Of a DNA stretch of 44,236 bases, positions 10,704-21,900 are shown one piece after another. The DNA lies in contig CAZACF010000001.1 of assembly GCA_964483565.1 (NCBI GenBank), positions 1-44,236 of the forward strand. Reading direction: 5' to 3'. The stretch is from an uncultured Syntrophomonas sp. GTDB lineage: Bacteria > Bacillota > Syntrophomonadia > Syntrophomonadales > Syntrophomonadaceae. Below the pieces are notes generated by a model, which was not told the DNA's origin, ran no database searches, and worked only from the letters and a program-made list of their open reading frames with translations. Position 1 is the stretch's first letter. Each line of letters starts with the position of its first letter. The position numbers and the translations under genes were made by a program.

Positions 10704-10891
10704 TTACACCGTCTACTAAAGAACTGATGGAAATCGGACAGAGTAAATATGCGGTTGTGGTTGCCGTAGCCAAACAAGCGAGGAAATTATCCGAAGATAA
10801 GAAAAATGATGAGAATTACCGTCTTTCCAGCATGGTCACCGAAGCATTGGAAGAAATTCTATCGGCTAAAGTAACCATTATTTGCAAATGA
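10700..10891 (+). CDS. rpoZ: RNA polymerase omega subunit
   Basis: PS..L, SKYAVVVAVAKQARKL, ALEEI; between gmk and coaBC; TTG start. Confidence 0.9.
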   Translation: MITPSTKELMEIGQSKYAVVVAVAKQARKLSEDKKNDENYRLSSMVTEALEEILSAKVTIICK

Positions 10892-10916
10892 TCCGGGCGG
10901 ACAAGGAGGCATAGCT

Positions 10917-12113
10917 ATGGCAAAGACAGTTGGTATAGGCATTACCGGCGGAATTGCATCCTATAAAATAGCTGATCTGGTAAGCAAATTAAAATCCAAT
11001 GACACGGATGTAATTGTCATGATGACAGAAGGAGCAACCCGCTTTATTAGTCCGCTGACCTTCAAGACCTTATCAGGAAGAGAAGTAGTGACTGACTTAT
11101 GGTCAGAATCACTCGAATATAAAGTCCAGCATATCGGTATTGCTGAACAACTTGATTTGCTGGTCATCGCTCCGGCGACCGCTAACTTCATTGCCAAAAT
11201 GGCCTGCGGGATCGCTGATGATCTGCTTTCTACTGTGGTCGTGGCCAATACCTCCCCGGTATTGATTGTGCCCGCCATGAATTCCAATATGTATAAGAAC
11301 CCTATTGTACAAGATAATCTAAAAAAACTGCAATCGTACGGTTATTGCGTACAAGAGCCGGATAGTGGCATGCTGGCATGCGGGGTGGAGGGCAAAGGAC
11401 GTTTACCTTCCATTGATGATATCTATGACAGAATTATTTCCTTGCTCCATCCCAAGACCGATATGGCTGGCAAACGGGTTCTCGTCAACGCTGGTTCAAC
11501 CTGCGAGGATATCGATCCGGTAAGATTTATAGGCAATCGGGGAACCGGCCGGATGGGTTATGCCATTGCCAGAGAAGCTTCGGAGCGCGGTGCGGAAGTC
11601 ATCCTGGTGAGCGGAAAAACCAATCTTGACGTTCCCCCCAAGGTAAAGTGCATCAACGTATGGAGTTCACGGGAAATGTGTGATGCCATGCTACAATACC
11701 AACCGGTTTGCGATATCATTATTGGAGCAGCTGCGGTTGGTGATTTTTGCCTTGCCCAAGTTACCAAACAGAAGATTAAAAAAACCGATGACGTTTCTCA
11801 GTCGGTTGTGCTTGAATTAGTGGGAACGACTGATATACTAAAAGAACTGGGTAAACGCAAACAAGAAAACCAAATTATGGTGGGCTTTGCAGCGGAAACG
11901 GAAAATCTGCTGGAGAATGCCCGCAAAAAACTCAAATCCAAGAATCTTGACTTCATTGTGGCCAATGATGTAACCATGGAAGGGGCAGGATTTGCCACTG
12001 AAACCAATATAGTAACTTTTATTTCCCGCAACGGCGTAGTAGAATCTTTGCCCAAAATGTTGAAAGATGAAGTTGCTGCGGCAATTCTTGACCGAGTGGT
12101 TGCGTTAACGTAA
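10917..12113 (+). CDS. coaBC: Bifunctional phosphopantothenoylcysteine decarboxylase/synthetase
   Basis: [43 protein letters not shown]. Confidence 0.96.
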   Translation: MAKTVGIGITGGIASYKIADLVSKLKSNDTDVIVMMTEGATRFISPLTFKTLSGREVVTDLWSESLEYKVQHIGIAEQLDLLVIAPATANFIAKMACGIADDLLSTVVVANTSPVLIVPAMNSNMYKNPIVQDNLKKLQSYGYCVQEPDSGMLACGVEGKGRLPSIDDIYDRIISLLHPKTDMAGKRVLVNAGSTCEDIDPVRFIGNRGTGRMGYAIAREASERGAEVILVSGKTNLDVPPKVKCINVWSSREMCDAMLQYQPVCDIIIGAAAVGDFCLAQVTKQKIKKTDDVSQSVVLELVGTTDILKELGKRKQENQIMVGFAAETENLLENARKKLKSKNLDFIVANDVTMEGAGFATETNIVTFISRNGVVESLPKMLKDEVAAAILDRVVALT

Positions 12114-12144
12114 GCATAATTTGGCAAGGAAAGAGGAGAAAGAA

Positions 12145-13335
12145 TTGAGCAAAAAATTATTTACATCTGAATCTGTAACCGAAGGGCATCCCGATAAAAT
12201 GGCTGACCAGATTTCCGATGCCATACTTGATTCCATTCTGGCACAGGATCCCTTTGCCCGCGTTGCCGCAGAGACCATCGTCACCACTGGTTTGGTGCTG
12301 GTTTCCGGAGAAATAACCACGGAATGCTATGTTGATATTCCCAAATTAGTTAGAACGACCATCAAAGAAATAGGTTACACCCGGGCAAAATATGGTTTTG
12401 ACAGTGAAACCTGCGCAGTATTGACCTCATTGGACGAACAGTCCGGAGATATCGCCATGGGAGTCAATCAGGCGCTGGAAGCCAAAAGCGGCAAAATGAG
12501 TGATTCTGATGTGGAGGCTATCGGGGCCGGGGACCAAGGCATGATGTTTGGTTATGCCACCAATGAAACGGCAGAATTTATGCCCATGCCGATCATGTTG
12601 GCCAGTAAAATGGCCAAACGATTGACGGATGTAAGAAAGGATGGGATCATCCCTTATCTGCGTCCGGATGGCAAGACCCAGATTACAGTTGAATATCAAG
12701 ACGACAAACCAGTTCGAGTTGACACCATCGTTGTTTCCACCCAACATCATCCTGAAGTAAATTTGGCAACGATTGAAAGAGATATTATCGAACAGGTGGT
12801 TAACTACGTCGTTCCTGCTGAAATGCTGGATGATCAAACCAGATATTTTATCAATCCAACCGGTCGTTTTGTCATCGGCGGTCCGCAAGGTGATTGTGGA
12901 TTGACGGGAAGAAAAATTATTGTTGATACATACGGTGGAATGGCCCGTCATGGAGGCGGAGCGTTTTCCGGCAAGGATCCAACCAAAGTTGACCGTTCCG
13001 CTGCCTATGCAGCCCGATATGTGGCAAAAAATTTGATTGCCGCCGGCGTTGCCGATCGGCTTGAGATTCAGCTTGCCTATGCGATCGGGGTTGCCCATCC
13101 GGTATCCATTTCGGTGGAGACCTTTGGTACCAACAAAATATCCCATGAAAAAATTGTTGCTCTGATTAATGAGCATTTTGATTTGCGCCCCGCCGCCATC
13201 ATCCGAGATCTCGATTTAAGAAGACCTATTTTCCAAAAGACAGCCGCTTACGGTCATTTTGGCCGCAATGAGAGCGAGTTTACCTGGGAAAGAACCGACA
13301 AAGCCGACGCCGTTCGAAAATCTGCCGGTTTATAA
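12145..13335 (+). CDS. metK: S-adenosylmethionine synthetase
   Basis: [35 protein letters not shown]; TTG start after GAGGAG. Confidence 0.98.
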   Translation: MSKKLFTSESVTEGHPDKMADQISDAILDSILAQDPFARVAAETIVTTGLVLVSGEITTECYVDIPKLVRTTIKEIGYTRAKYGFDSETCAVLTSLDEQSGDIAMGVNQALEAKSGKMSDSDVEAIGAGDQGMMFGYATNETAEFMPMPIMLASKMAKRLTDVRKDGIIPYLRPDGKTQITVEYQDDKPVRVDTIVVSTQHHPEVNLATIERDIIEQVVNYVVPAEMLDDQTRYFINPTGRFVIGGPQGDCGLTGRKIIVDTYGGMARHGGGAFSGKDPTKVDRSAAYAARYVAKNLIAAGVADRLEIQLAYAIGVAHPVSISVETFGTNKISHEKIVALINEHFDLRPAAIIRDLDLRRPIFQKTAAYGHFGRNESEFTWERTDKADAVRKSAGL

Positions 13336-13357
13336 GCTTGGTTCAAGGTGTTTTTGC

Positions 13358-13388
13358 AAAGGCGGGCATTCCCCGCCTTTTATTTTTT
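13358..13388 (+). terminator. Intrinsic terminator after metK
   Basis: AAAGGCGGG-cattc-CCCGCCTTT followed by TATTTTTT. Confidence 0.8.
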
Positions 13389-13411
13389 ATCAGCGTATCC
13401 AAGGAGTAATT

Positions 13412-15802
13412 ATGCAAGCGGTCAGTGTAATTATTAATCTCAATACCTCTCAATTGAATCACAGTTTTCTCTATATCGTCCCGGAAGAGCTGAGCGAAGA
13501 AGCTGTGTTCGGCAAAAGGGTGCTGGTTGATTTTGCTGGCAAAAAAACGGAAGCTTTTGTGGTTGGGCGGCAAGAAATTGATTCTACTGCCGGTTTGAAG
13601 TCATTGATTAGAGTTCTGGATCAAGAAGCCGTATTCAACCAGGAACTCTATCAATTGGCACAGTGGATGGCTGATTATTATTCGGTTTCACTGGCCTTGA
13701 TATTAACCATGATGATCCCCCAACTGTTACATCACAAAAAATCCCTGCGATTAATCGCGGCCGTCAACCAGCAACAATATGAAGCTGCTTACATCGGCCA
13801 AGCAAAACCCTATAAGGAATTTATGGAGCAGTTGTGGTTACAAAAGGAACTAAGCTTAAACGCAACCCGCAAAACAATCAATCAAGAGCAATTGGAAGAA
13901 TTGCAAAAGTTGGATCTGGTGAGTGTAATCGGGAGCTATGGTTCAACCCGTACCAGGGCAAGCGATATAATCTATGTACTTGATCACCATAAGATGGAAA
14001 AGGAAATCACGGCCATCCGCAAAAAGGCCCCGCGTCAAGCCGAGGCGCTTGATTTATTGGCGTCAAACCCCGGTTTTAGCTGCGTAGAATTTGATCGCAT
14101 GGTTACTCGTTCTGTCAGTCAAGCCTTGATAAAAAAAGGCTTGATCGCCAGCGTTAAACCTAAACTCGAGATCACCATTCCTGACTTCGAACTTAATCAA
14201 GAACAAACCCAAGCCATCGGTTTTATCCAAAAAAGCTTGCATACCAGACAATATGAGGAATATTTATTGTTTGGGATCACTGGCAGCGGAAAAACCGAAG
14301 TTTATATTAAGGCAGCGCAAGCCGCGATTGAACAAGGGCGCAGCGTCATTGTACTAGTGCCGGAAATTGCTCTAACCCGCCAACTGGTTGACATCTTTTC
14401 CCACCGTATTGCTGATCTGGCTGTCCTGCACAGTGCCATGACAGCAGGGGAACGATACGAGGAATGGAAGCGAATCAAGCGGGGTGAAGTCCAACTGGTG
14501 CTGGGACCGCGTTCAGCAATATTTGCTCCTTTGTCCGATCTTGGCCTGATCATTCTTGATGAGGAGCAGGAAAACAGTTATAAACAAGAAGAGACCCCGC
14601 GCTATCATGCCCGTGACATTGCCCGTCAACGCGCCCACCTGACCAATTCGGTGTTGCTGCTGGGCAGCGCTACCCCCGCCTTGGAAACCTATTATCGGAC
14701 CACAACCGGGGCAGCCCGACTATTGCATTTGCCCCGCAGAACGGGTGGCGCAATTATACCGGAAATCGTTATTGAAGATATGAGAAAATCATTTAAAAGT
14801 GGCAACTATGGGATGATTTCACGCAATCTGCAGGAGCGACTGCAGCATGCCTTGATCATGGGACAGCAAAGCATTCTGTTTATCAACCGGCGCGGCTATT
14901 CACCCATGACGATCTGCCGGGAATGTGGTAATATGACCTCATGTCCAAATTGTTCAGTGGCTATGACTTACCATCATGATATCAAACAAAATGTTTGTCA
15001 TTATTGTAATGCCCAACGTCCACAATCTTCCTTCTGCGAGATTTGCGGCAGTCAACATCTGCAATTGGCTGGTACCGGAACCCAGAAGGTGGAAGAGGAA
15101 ATTAGACGCTTGTTTCCCCAAGCCAGGATTGCTCGGCTGGATCTGGACAGCAGCCGGCCGAGAGGAGCGCAAAAAGCCATTCTGGAGGACATGAAAGCAA
15201 GACGTATTGATATCTTGATCGGCACCCAAATGGTGGCCAAGGGATTGGATTTTCCGCTGGTTTCTCTGGTAGGTGTAGTTGATGCAGACAGCTTATTGAA
15301 TTTACCTGATTTCAGAGCCAGAGAACGATGCTTTCAACTGCTGGTGCAAGTAGCCGGTCGGGCAGGCAGAGCAGATATTCCCGGGGAAGTGGTTATCCAA
15401 ACCTACAATCCCCAGGAACCATTGTTTGCAAAAGTAGTCAGCCAGGACTATAAAAGTTTTTATGACGATGAAATAACAATCCGCCGACGATTGGATTATC
15501 CACCTTTTAATGATATCTTAAGAATGGTTGTGAGTAGTGAAAACGAGTCAGTTTGTCAAAAGCATAGCAATGAATTGGCCAAGTATATTGAAGAGATGAT
15601 TGATGCCAAAGAAGATAGTATAATGATTCTGGGGCCAGCCCCATGTCCCATCAGTAAAATAAAAAACCGGTTTCGTTATCAAATCTTGATAAAATGCAAT
15701 AGCTCTTTGTTACTTCGCAGTATTGCTGCTAAAATGAATAATATTGCCCATCCTGCCAACCTAAAATTAGAGCTGGATATCAATCCTATGGTAACCATTT
15801 AA
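13412..15802 (+). CDS. priA: Primosomal protein N' helicase
   Basis: GITGSGKTEVY, DEEQ, SATP, four CxxC, GTQMVAKGLDF, QVAGRAGR; start ATG 13412 after AAGGAG. Confidence 0.96.
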   Translation: MQAVSVIINLNTSQLNHSFLYIVPEELSEEAVFGKRVLVDFAGKKTEAFVVGRQEIDSTAGLKSLIRVLDQEAVFNQELYQLAQWMADYYSVSLALILTMMIPQLLHHKKSLRLIAAVNQQQYEAAYIGQAKPYKEFMEQLWLQKELSLNATRKTINQEQLEELQKLDLVSVIGSYGSTRTRASDIIYVLDHHKMEKEITAIRKKAPRQAEALDLLASNPGFSCVEFDRMVTRSVSQALIKKGLIASVKPKLEITIPDFELNQEQTQAIGFIQKSLHTRQYEEYLLFGITGSGKTEVYIKAAQAAIEQGRSVIVLVPEIALTRQLVDIFSHRIADLAVLHSAMTAGERYEEWKRIKRGEVQLVLGPRSAIFAPLSDLGLIILDEEQENSYKQEETPRYHARDIARQRAHLTNSVLLLGSATPALETYYRTTTGAARLLHLPRRTGGAIIPEIVIEDMRKSFKSGNYGMISRNLQERLQHALIMGQQSILFINRRGYSPMTICRECGNMTSCPNCSVAMTYHHDIKQNVCHYCNAQRPQSSFCEICGSQHLQLAGTGTQKVEEEIRRLFPQARIARLDLDSSRPRGAQKAILEDMKARRIDILIGTQMVAKGLDFPLVSLVGVVDADSLLNLPDFRARERCFQLLVQVAGRAGRADIPGEVVIQTYNPQEPLFAKVVSQDYKSFYDDEITIRRRLDYPPFNDILRMVVSSENESVCQKHSNELAKYIEEMIDAKEDSIMILGPAPCPISKIKNRFRYQILIKCNSSLLLRSIAAKMNNIAHPANLKLELDINPMVTI

Positions 15803-15816
15803 GGGAGGAAAATAGA

Positions 15817-16272
15817 TTGTCAGTATACAAGATTGTAACTGTACCTGATCCGATCCTGAGACAAAAAGCGCAAAAAGTAGAAAAGATAAATGATGGTGTT
15901 CTTCGGGTTTTGGATAATATGCGCGATACCATGTACGCAGCTGATGGAGTAGGTTTGGCTGCTCCGCAAATCGGTGTTTCCAAACGGATGATCGTGATTG
16001 ATCCCGGAGATCAGTTGATTGAAATGATTAATCCGGAAATAATCGCCAGAGAAGGTGAACAAACTGCCCGGGAGGGGTGTTTGAGCGTTCCCGATTTAGT
16101 TGGTTGGTGTAAAAGGTCGCAAAAGGTAACGGTTCAGGGAATGAACCGCGATGGTGAGATAATCGAAATAGAAGCTGCTGATATGCTGGCTCGGGCCTTT
16201 CAACATGAAATCGATCATTTGGACGGGATTCTTTTCCCAGATAAAGCCATCCAGACCAGAAAAGAGAAATAA
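15817..16272 (+). CDS. def: Peptide deformylase
   Basis: GVGLAAPQIG, EGCLS, QHEIDHL. Confidence 0.97.
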   Translation: MSVYKIVTVPDPILRQKAQKVEKINDGVLRVLDNMRDTMYAADGVGLAAPQIGVSKRMIVIDPGDQLIEMINPEIIAREGEQTAREGCLSVPDLVGWCKRSQKVTVQGMNRDGEIIEIEAADMLARAFQHEIDHLDGILFPDKAIQTRKEK

Positions 16273-16294
16273 CGATGCCGAAGGAGGGGACGAA

Positions 16295-17227
16295 ATGAAA
16301 ATCGTTTTTATGGGTACTTCAGAATTTTCGGTACCGTCTCTCGGGAAAATCCTGGAGTCACAACATAAGGTTATTGGTGTGGTTACCCAGCCTGACCGTC
16401 CTCGTGGACGGGGACAGAAGCTCATCCCTTCCCCGGTAAAAGAATTTGCGCTCAATCACCAGCTGCCAGTATTTCAGCCCGAAAGTATCAGAACCGAAGA
16501 AGCCATCGATCATGTACGCGGATGGGATCCGGATCTGGTAGTGGTGGTTTCCTATGGACAGATCATTCCGGCTGAAATTTTAGATTTTCCCAAACTAGGT
16601 TGTATCAATGTGCATGCCTCACTGTTGCCGCGTTATCGTGGCGCTGCTCCCATCCAAAGAGCAATTATGGCAGGAGAAACGTTCAGCGGTGTTACTATCA
16701 TGGCCATGGACAAAGGATTGGATACCGGAGATATCATCCTGCAATTGCCGGTAAAAATTGGGGCAGACATGGATCATGGCATATACTCGGAGATTTTGGC
16801 CAATGCCGGAGCGGATTTGCTCATCGATACCCTGGCAATTATCAAAAGTGGTTCTTTCCCGCGGCGCAAACAGGATTCATCCAAGGCTACTTATGCCCAT
16901 ATGATCAGACGCGAAGAAGAAAGGATCGATTGGCAGCAATCTGCCAACACCATTTATAACCAGATTAGAGCATTGAGCCCTCAGCCAGCTGCCTATACTT
17001 CCTTTGCAGACCAGCGCTTTAAGATTTTTAGTGCCAGTTTGTGTCCTGATAATATCAGCGCCGCCCCAGGCGAGATTGTGGCCATAAAACCATCCGGGCT
17101 ATTGGTACAATGTGCCCATGATATGCTTGAGATTAAAGAACTGCAATTAGCTGGCCGGAAAAGGATGACCAGCAGTGACTTTTTAAGAGGATTCAAACTT
17201 AACCCTGGTGATGTATTGGGAAACTGA
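16295..17227 (+). CDS. fmt: Methionyl-tRNA formyltransferase
   Basis: MKIVFMGT, TQPDRPRGRG, NVHASLLPRYRGAAPI, LDTGD; start after GGAGG. Confidence 0.97.
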   Translation: MKIVFMGTSEFSVPSLGKILESQHKVIGVVTQPDRPRGRGQKLIPSPVKEFALNHQLPVFQPESIRTEEAIDHVRGWDPDLVVVVSYGQIIPAEILDFPKLGCINVHASLLPRYRGAAPIQRAIMAGETFSGVTIMAMDKGLDTGDIILQLPVKIGADMDHGIYSEILANAGADLLIDTLAIIKSGSFPRRKQDSSKATYAHMIRREEERIDWQQSANTIYNQIRALSPQPAAYTSFADQRFKIFSASLCPDNISAAPGEIVAIKPSGLLVQCAHDMLEIKELQLAGRKRMTSSDFLRGFKLNPGDVLGN

Positions 17228-17262
17228 GTGGTTGTTCCTGGCAAATAATGAGGAATGCAAGA

Positions 17263-18012
17263 ATGGAAAGTAAAAAACGTATTTATATTGGATTATTAAT
17301 CATTAGTCTGATAGCAGTAGCAACACTTGTCCCCCTGATTCTTTATCTGCTTAGGCTGAACACTCCGGTCAGCCACTTCATAATTACTTTGATTGCCATC
17401 ATCATTGGGGGAATGTTTTTATTGCTGGGATTTGGTATAATGGCAATCATCGTCATGATTATCCGCTCAAAAACCAGTCCCTCCTTAGATAATTTTACGA
17501 AACTGGCCAATGAATTACTTTTTCCGTTGACCTTGGTGATTGGCAAAGTTTTGGGCATTAAGGCAGAGAAAATCAGGTCTTCCTATATTGCGGTAAACAA
17601 TTATTTGGTAAAATCCAAACATATGATTCTAAAAGGCGAAAGAGTCATGATACTTTTACCCCATTGTCTGCAGAATAATGAGTGTCCTCATAAAATTACG
17701 ATGGATATAAATAATTGCAAGCTATGCGGTAAATGTTGTATTAGTGATCTGGTTAAATTAAGCAAGAAATATTCTGCCATTATTAAGGTTGCTACCGGCG
17801 GCACGCTGGCTCGTAAATTGATAAAAGAATACCGGCCAGCAGGTGTTATTGCGGTTGCTTGTGAAAGAGATTTATCCTCAGGCATACAGGACAGTGGAAC
17901 GCTTCCTGTTTATGGTGTTTTGAACTGCAGACCCAATGGTCCCTGTTTTAATACCGGGGTTGACATAGAAAAAGTAGAACAAGCATTAATCATGATTTGT
18001 AAAGGAGGATAA
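17263..18012 (+). CDS. DUF116 Cys-rich membrane protein
   Basis: Two N-terminal TM helices; LPHCLQ, CxxCxxC, ATGGTLAR, VACERDL, NGPCFNT. Confidence 0.85.
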   Translation: MESKKRIYIGLLIISLIAVATLVPLILYLLRLNTPVSHFIITLIAIIIGGMFLLLGFGIMAIIVMIIRSKTSPSLDNFTKLANELLFPLTLVIGKVLGIKAEKIRSSYIAVNNYLVKSKHMILKGERVMILLPHCLQNNECPHKITMDINNCKLCGKCCISDLVKLSKKYSAIIKVATGGTLARKLIKEYRPAGVIAVACERDLSSGIQDSGTLPVYGVLNCRPNGPCFNTGVDIEKVEQALIMICKGG

Positions 18013-18014
18013 AA

Positions 18015-18686
18015 ATGGGATACTTGATACTTATATTACCGGCACTGATTCTATCTATTTATGCCCAATTCAAGGTTAAGTCTACATTTAAAAAATATTC
18101 GGCGGTTAGATCGATGAAAGGGATCACCGGACGTGAGGCAGCCAACAATTTATTGCGTAACAACGGCATTAATAATGTTAGTATTGAAGCGATCGCTGGC
18201 AGTCTGACTGATCATTATGATCCCGCATCGCATGTCCTAAGATTATCTGAAACTGTATACGGCAATGATTCCATTGCCGCCATTGGGGTAGCCGCTCATG
18301 AAGTGGGGCATGCCATCCAGCATCAGCAAGGCTACAAGCCCATGGAAATCAGACAAAAGATCGTACCAGTGACCAACTTCGCATCGACTGCTTCTTTCCC
18401 GATTCTGTTGATTGGGATGCTTTTTGCCAGCGCAGATCTTATCATGATCGGAATACTGCTTTTTTCAGCAGTGGTATTATTTCATATCGTTACCTTGCCA
18501 ATTGAATATAATGCCTCCAGTCGAGCCGTTGCCCAATTGAATCAGGTGGGACTGATCAGCAATGAAGAAGTTCCCATGGTCAATAAAGTTCTGGGTGCGG
18601 CCGCCCTGACCTATTTGGCGGCAGCTCTTTCCGCCGTTGCCAATCTGCTTTATTATCTGGCTATATTTGCTGGCTCAGATGATTAA
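18015..18686 (+). CDS. YugP-family membrane zinc metallopeptidase
   Basis: LTDHYDP, AAHEVGHAIQ (HEXXH), TLPIEYNAS.RA, AAALTY. Confidence 0.92.
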   Translation: MGYLILILPALILSIYAQFKVKSTFKKYSAVRSMKGITGREAANNLLRNNGINNVSIEAIAGSLTDHYDPASHVLRLSETVYGNDSIAAIGVAAHEVGHAIQHQQGYKPMEIRQKIVPVTNFASTASFPILLIGMLFASADLIMIGILLFSAVVLFHIVTLPIEYNASSRAVAQLNQVGLISNEEVPMVNKVLGAAALTYLAAALSAVANLLYYLAIFAGSDD

Positions 18687-18702
18687 AGCAGGGGAGAAAT
18701 AA

Positions 18703-20079
18703 ATGAACAAAAAAGATCCAGCTTTACTTATAGACGCCCGTGTGATGGCAGTAAACCTAATTTATCAAACGACGGAAAGTGGGGCCTACGCCAATCTGAG
18801 TCTTGATCATGCGCTACGTGATTCAAAAATGTCACAGAGCGATAAAAATCTGGTTACAGAATTGGTGAATGGCAGCATAAGAATGATTAAGCACCTTGAT
18901 TGGGTGCTTAATCTGTTTCTTGGAAAAAGCATGGACAAACAAAATCCCTGGGTGCGAAGTGCGCTGCGCATGGCAGCTTATCAGATATTATTTATGGAAC
19001 GGGTTCCTGATTATGCCGCGGTCAACAGTACCGTAGCTTTTATTCGCAGCAAAGTAAATAAAACCTTGGCCGGAGTTTGTAATGCCGTCTTGCGCAATTT
19101 AATCAGAAGCAAAGCAACACTTTCATATCCCCCCATAGATTCACTGGAATATTTGGCGGTTTACTATTCTCAGCCGGAATGGTTGGTTGAGCGCTGGAAA
19201 AATCATTACGGTGCGCAGTTGGCTACTACTATATTGGCCTATATGAATAAAAAACCGCATCTGACGATACGGGTAAATACTTTATTGACGGACAGCGAGG
19301 AACTCTTATCAACTTTGTCTCAGGAAGGCATTGAGGTCAGACCTAGTCCCTTGTTGCCTCAGGCATTAATCATAGATTCATTGGGAAAAAGCATCCAAGA
19401 ATGGCAAGCTTACCAGAACGGCTGGTTTTATGTTCAAAATGAAGCGGCCATGCTGGCGGCTGACATATTGAACCCGCAGGCTGGAGAAGATGTGTTGGAT
19501 TTAGGCAGCGGGGTGGGAGGAAAAGCAACCCACTTCGGCGAAAAAATGAATAATCAGGGCAGGATTAAAGCAGTAGAACTGCATCCGCATAAATTAAGTC
19601 TGTTGGAAAATAATTGTCGCCGTTTAGGTCTGACGATTATTAAAGGAACACAAATGGATATCCTGGCGTTGGCAGAAGAACCTCTATGGCAAAAAGTATT
19701 CCTGGATGCTCCCTGTTCGGGATGGGGTGTTTTGAATCGGCGGGCAGATGCCAGATGGCGCCAACAACCCACAAAGCTAATAGATTTATGCCAATTGCAA
19801 TTGGCCATGCTTGAAAAAGCTGGCCAAATGACGGCCCCGGGTGGTATTCTGGTTTATTCGACCTGCACCACAAATACAGAAGAAAACGAAAACATCGTAA
19901 CCACCTTTTTGCAGAAAAATCCTCATTTTCATTTTGATTCAATGGCTGACACGATATCCTATTTTCCGCTGGATGCGACTGACAGAGCCATGGCGGAAAA
20001 GGGGTGGCTCACCATCATCCCGGGTAAATATGACTGTGATGGAATGTTTTATGCACGCTTGCGGAGGAGTAATGGGTAG
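18703..20079 (+). CDS. rsmB: 16S rRNA m5C967 methyltransferase
   Basis: NusB-like N-terminus, IRVN, GGKATH, LDAPCSG, YSTCT..EENE. Confidence 0.93.
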   Translation: MNKKDPALLIDARVMAVNLIYQTTESGAYANLSLDHALRDSKMSQSDKNLVTELVNGSIRMIKHLDWVLNLFLGKSMDKQNPWVRSALRMAAYQILFMERVPDYAAVNSTVAFIRSKVNKTLAGVCNAVLRNLIRSKATLSYPPIDSLEYLAVYYSQPEWLVERWKNHYGAQLATTILAYMNKKPHLTIRVNTLLTDSEELLSTLSQEGIEVRPSPLLPQALIIDSLGKSIQEWQAYQNGWFYVQNEAAMLAADILNPQAGEDVLDLGSGVGGKATHFGEKMNNQGRIKAVELHPHKLSLLENNCRRLGLTIIKGTQMDILALAEEPLWQKVFLDAPCSGWGVLNRRADARWRQQPTKLIDLCQLQLAMLEKAGQMTAPGGILVYSTCTTNTEENENIVTTFLQKNPHFHFDSMADTISYFPLDATDRAMAEKGWLTIIPGKYDCDGMFYARLRRSNG

Positions 20080-21159
20080 ATGAATGATCATAAAAAAATT
20101 GAACTGTTGGGTATGACTCTGCCTGAGTTGGAAGACTTCGTAAGCGGCATATCCGAACCAAAATTCCGCGCCCGGCAACTATATAAATGGATCTATCAAA
20201 AACAGACTTCCTCCTTTTATGAGATGAGTGATATCCCCCGTGATCTTCGCTTTAGACTGGACGAAATTGCCCAAATATCGATCCCCCGCTTTCTCAAGCA
20301 AAGGGTTTCCAAAGATGGTACTCGCAAATTCTTACTGGAGATGAACGATAAGAAAAGAGTAGAAACAGTTATTATTCCACAAACCCATGATAAAAATACC
20401 TCCTATACCGTATGTATTTCCAGTCAAGTAGGATGTCCCATTGGATGTGCTTTTTGTGCCACCGGCGCAGGTGGGTTCCAACGACATTTATTGGCCTATG
20501 AAATTGTCGGGCAGGTGTTAAGTTCCCGTCGTGAACTGAGCAAAAGACTAAAAAAAACCGATCCAAATTTGATTACCAATGTTGTCTATATGGGCATGGG
20601 TGAACCATTGTTAAATTACGATGAAATGATCAAATCTGTCTACCTGCTCAATGAACATAAAGGTATTAACATTGGACAAAGACATATTACGATATCCACT
20701 GCAGGAGAGGTAACCGGCATCAGAAAACTCATGCAAGAAAACCTGCAGGTGACTTTAGCGATTTCCTTGCATTCCTGTGACAATGAATTAAGAAATGAAC
20801 TGGTGCCTTTAAACCGAAAATATCCGTTGGAAATATTACTGGATACAGTCAGGGAATATTCACAAAAGAATCATCGCCGAGTTACATTTGAGTATGTTAT
20901 GCTGGATGAGGTCAACCTTCGCAAAAGGGATGCTGAAGCTATGATAAAGCTGCTAAAACCGATGTTGGCGAATGTCAATCTAATACCGTATAATGAAGTC
21001 AACGGGCTTGCTTTTAAAAGACCGCCCAATTATCGTATCAATCAGTTTTATCAATGGTTGATTGCAGGAGGCCTAAACGTAACTTTACGGGAAGAGCGAG
21101 GGTCAGATATTGAAGCTGCCTGCGGCCAGTTGGCTGCCAAAAAGGATCGCCAGGCATAG
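20080..21159 (+). CDS. rlmN: Dual-specificity RNA m2A radical SAM methyltransferase
   Basis: CISSQVGCPIGCAFCATG, GMGEP, ISLH, NLIPYN, AACGQL. Confidence 0.96.
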   Translation: MNDHKKIELLGMTLPELEDFVSGISEPKFRARQLYKWIYQKQTSSFYEMSDIPRDLRFRLDEIAQISIPRFLKQRVSKDGTRKFLLEMNDKKRVETVIIPQTHDKNTSYTVCISSQVGCPIGCAFCATGAGGFQRHLLAYEIVGQVLSSRRELSKRLKKTDPNLITNVVYMGMGEPLLNYDEMIKSVYLLNEHKGINIGQRHITISTAGEVTGIRKLMQENLQVTLAISLHSCDNELRNELVPLNRKYPLEILLDTVREYSQKNHRRVTFEYVMLDEVNLRKRDAEAMIKLLKPMLANVNLIPYNEVNGLAFKRPPNYRINQFYQWLIAGGLNVTLREERGSDIEAACGQLAAKKDRQA

Positions 21160-21175
21160 TTTTCTGAGGTGAAGT

Positions 21176-21883
21176 ATGAAGGTAAATGGCTTAACAGACA
21201 TAGGGTTGGTGCGCAAAAGGAACGAAGATTGCTTTTTAATCGATACGAATCGCAATTTATTTGTGGTTTGTGACGGAATGGGAGGACATCTTGGCGGTGA
21301 TACTGCGTCCCGTTTGGCCATCGAAACGATAAAAAAAGAACTGATCTTTGAAGGGGTTGCAGAAATACCTGAAGTTTTGGAGAAAGCAGTTCAGTCTGCC
21401 AATCGTATTATATGGGAGACGGGCCAAAGCGTTGCCGATCTGAATGAAATGGGTACCACGCTGACTGCAGCAGTTATCTATGACAACCAACTGTGGATCG
21501 CGCATGTCGGTGACAGCAGTTTGTTTATTGTTCGTAATAATCATATTATAAAGCCAACCAGTGATCATACCTTAGCCGAACACATGCGCAAAGATGGCCT
21601 GATCTCTGAAGTGGATGATCGTTATAAATCGTTTCATCACGTTCTGATCAGAGCCTTGGGGGTTGATGAAAAGGTTGAGATTGATGTACACCAGATCAAG
21701 GTAAGCCAGGGCGATTGGATTTTGCTGTGTACAGACGGATTAAGCAATATGGTTGAACAACAGGAAATCATAACGTTGCTTGATAAAGAAAATGAACCGC
21801 AGACGGCCTGTCAACAATTACTCTCATTGGCATTGGCTCGAGGCGGATATGATAATATAACCATGATTCTTATTCAATTGTAG
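21176..21883 (+). CDS. prpC: PP2C Ser/Thr phosphatase (Stp1/PrpC)
   Basis: RKRNED, DGMGGH, MGTT, HVGDS, CTDGL, GGYDNIT. Confidence 0.93.
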   Translation: MKVNGLTDIGLVRKRNEDCFLIDTNRNLFVVCDGMGGHLGGDTASRLAIETIKKELIFEGVAEIPEVLEKAVQSANRIIWETGQSVADLNEMGTTLTAAVIYDNQLWIAHVGDSSLFIVRNNHIIKPTSDHTLAEHMRKDGLISEVDDRYKSFHHVLIRALGVDEKVEIDVHQIKVSQGDWILLCTDGLSNMVEQQEIITLLDKENEPQTACQQLLSLALARGGYDNITMILIQL

Positions 21884-21900
21884 ATTTGGGGGTATATGTT

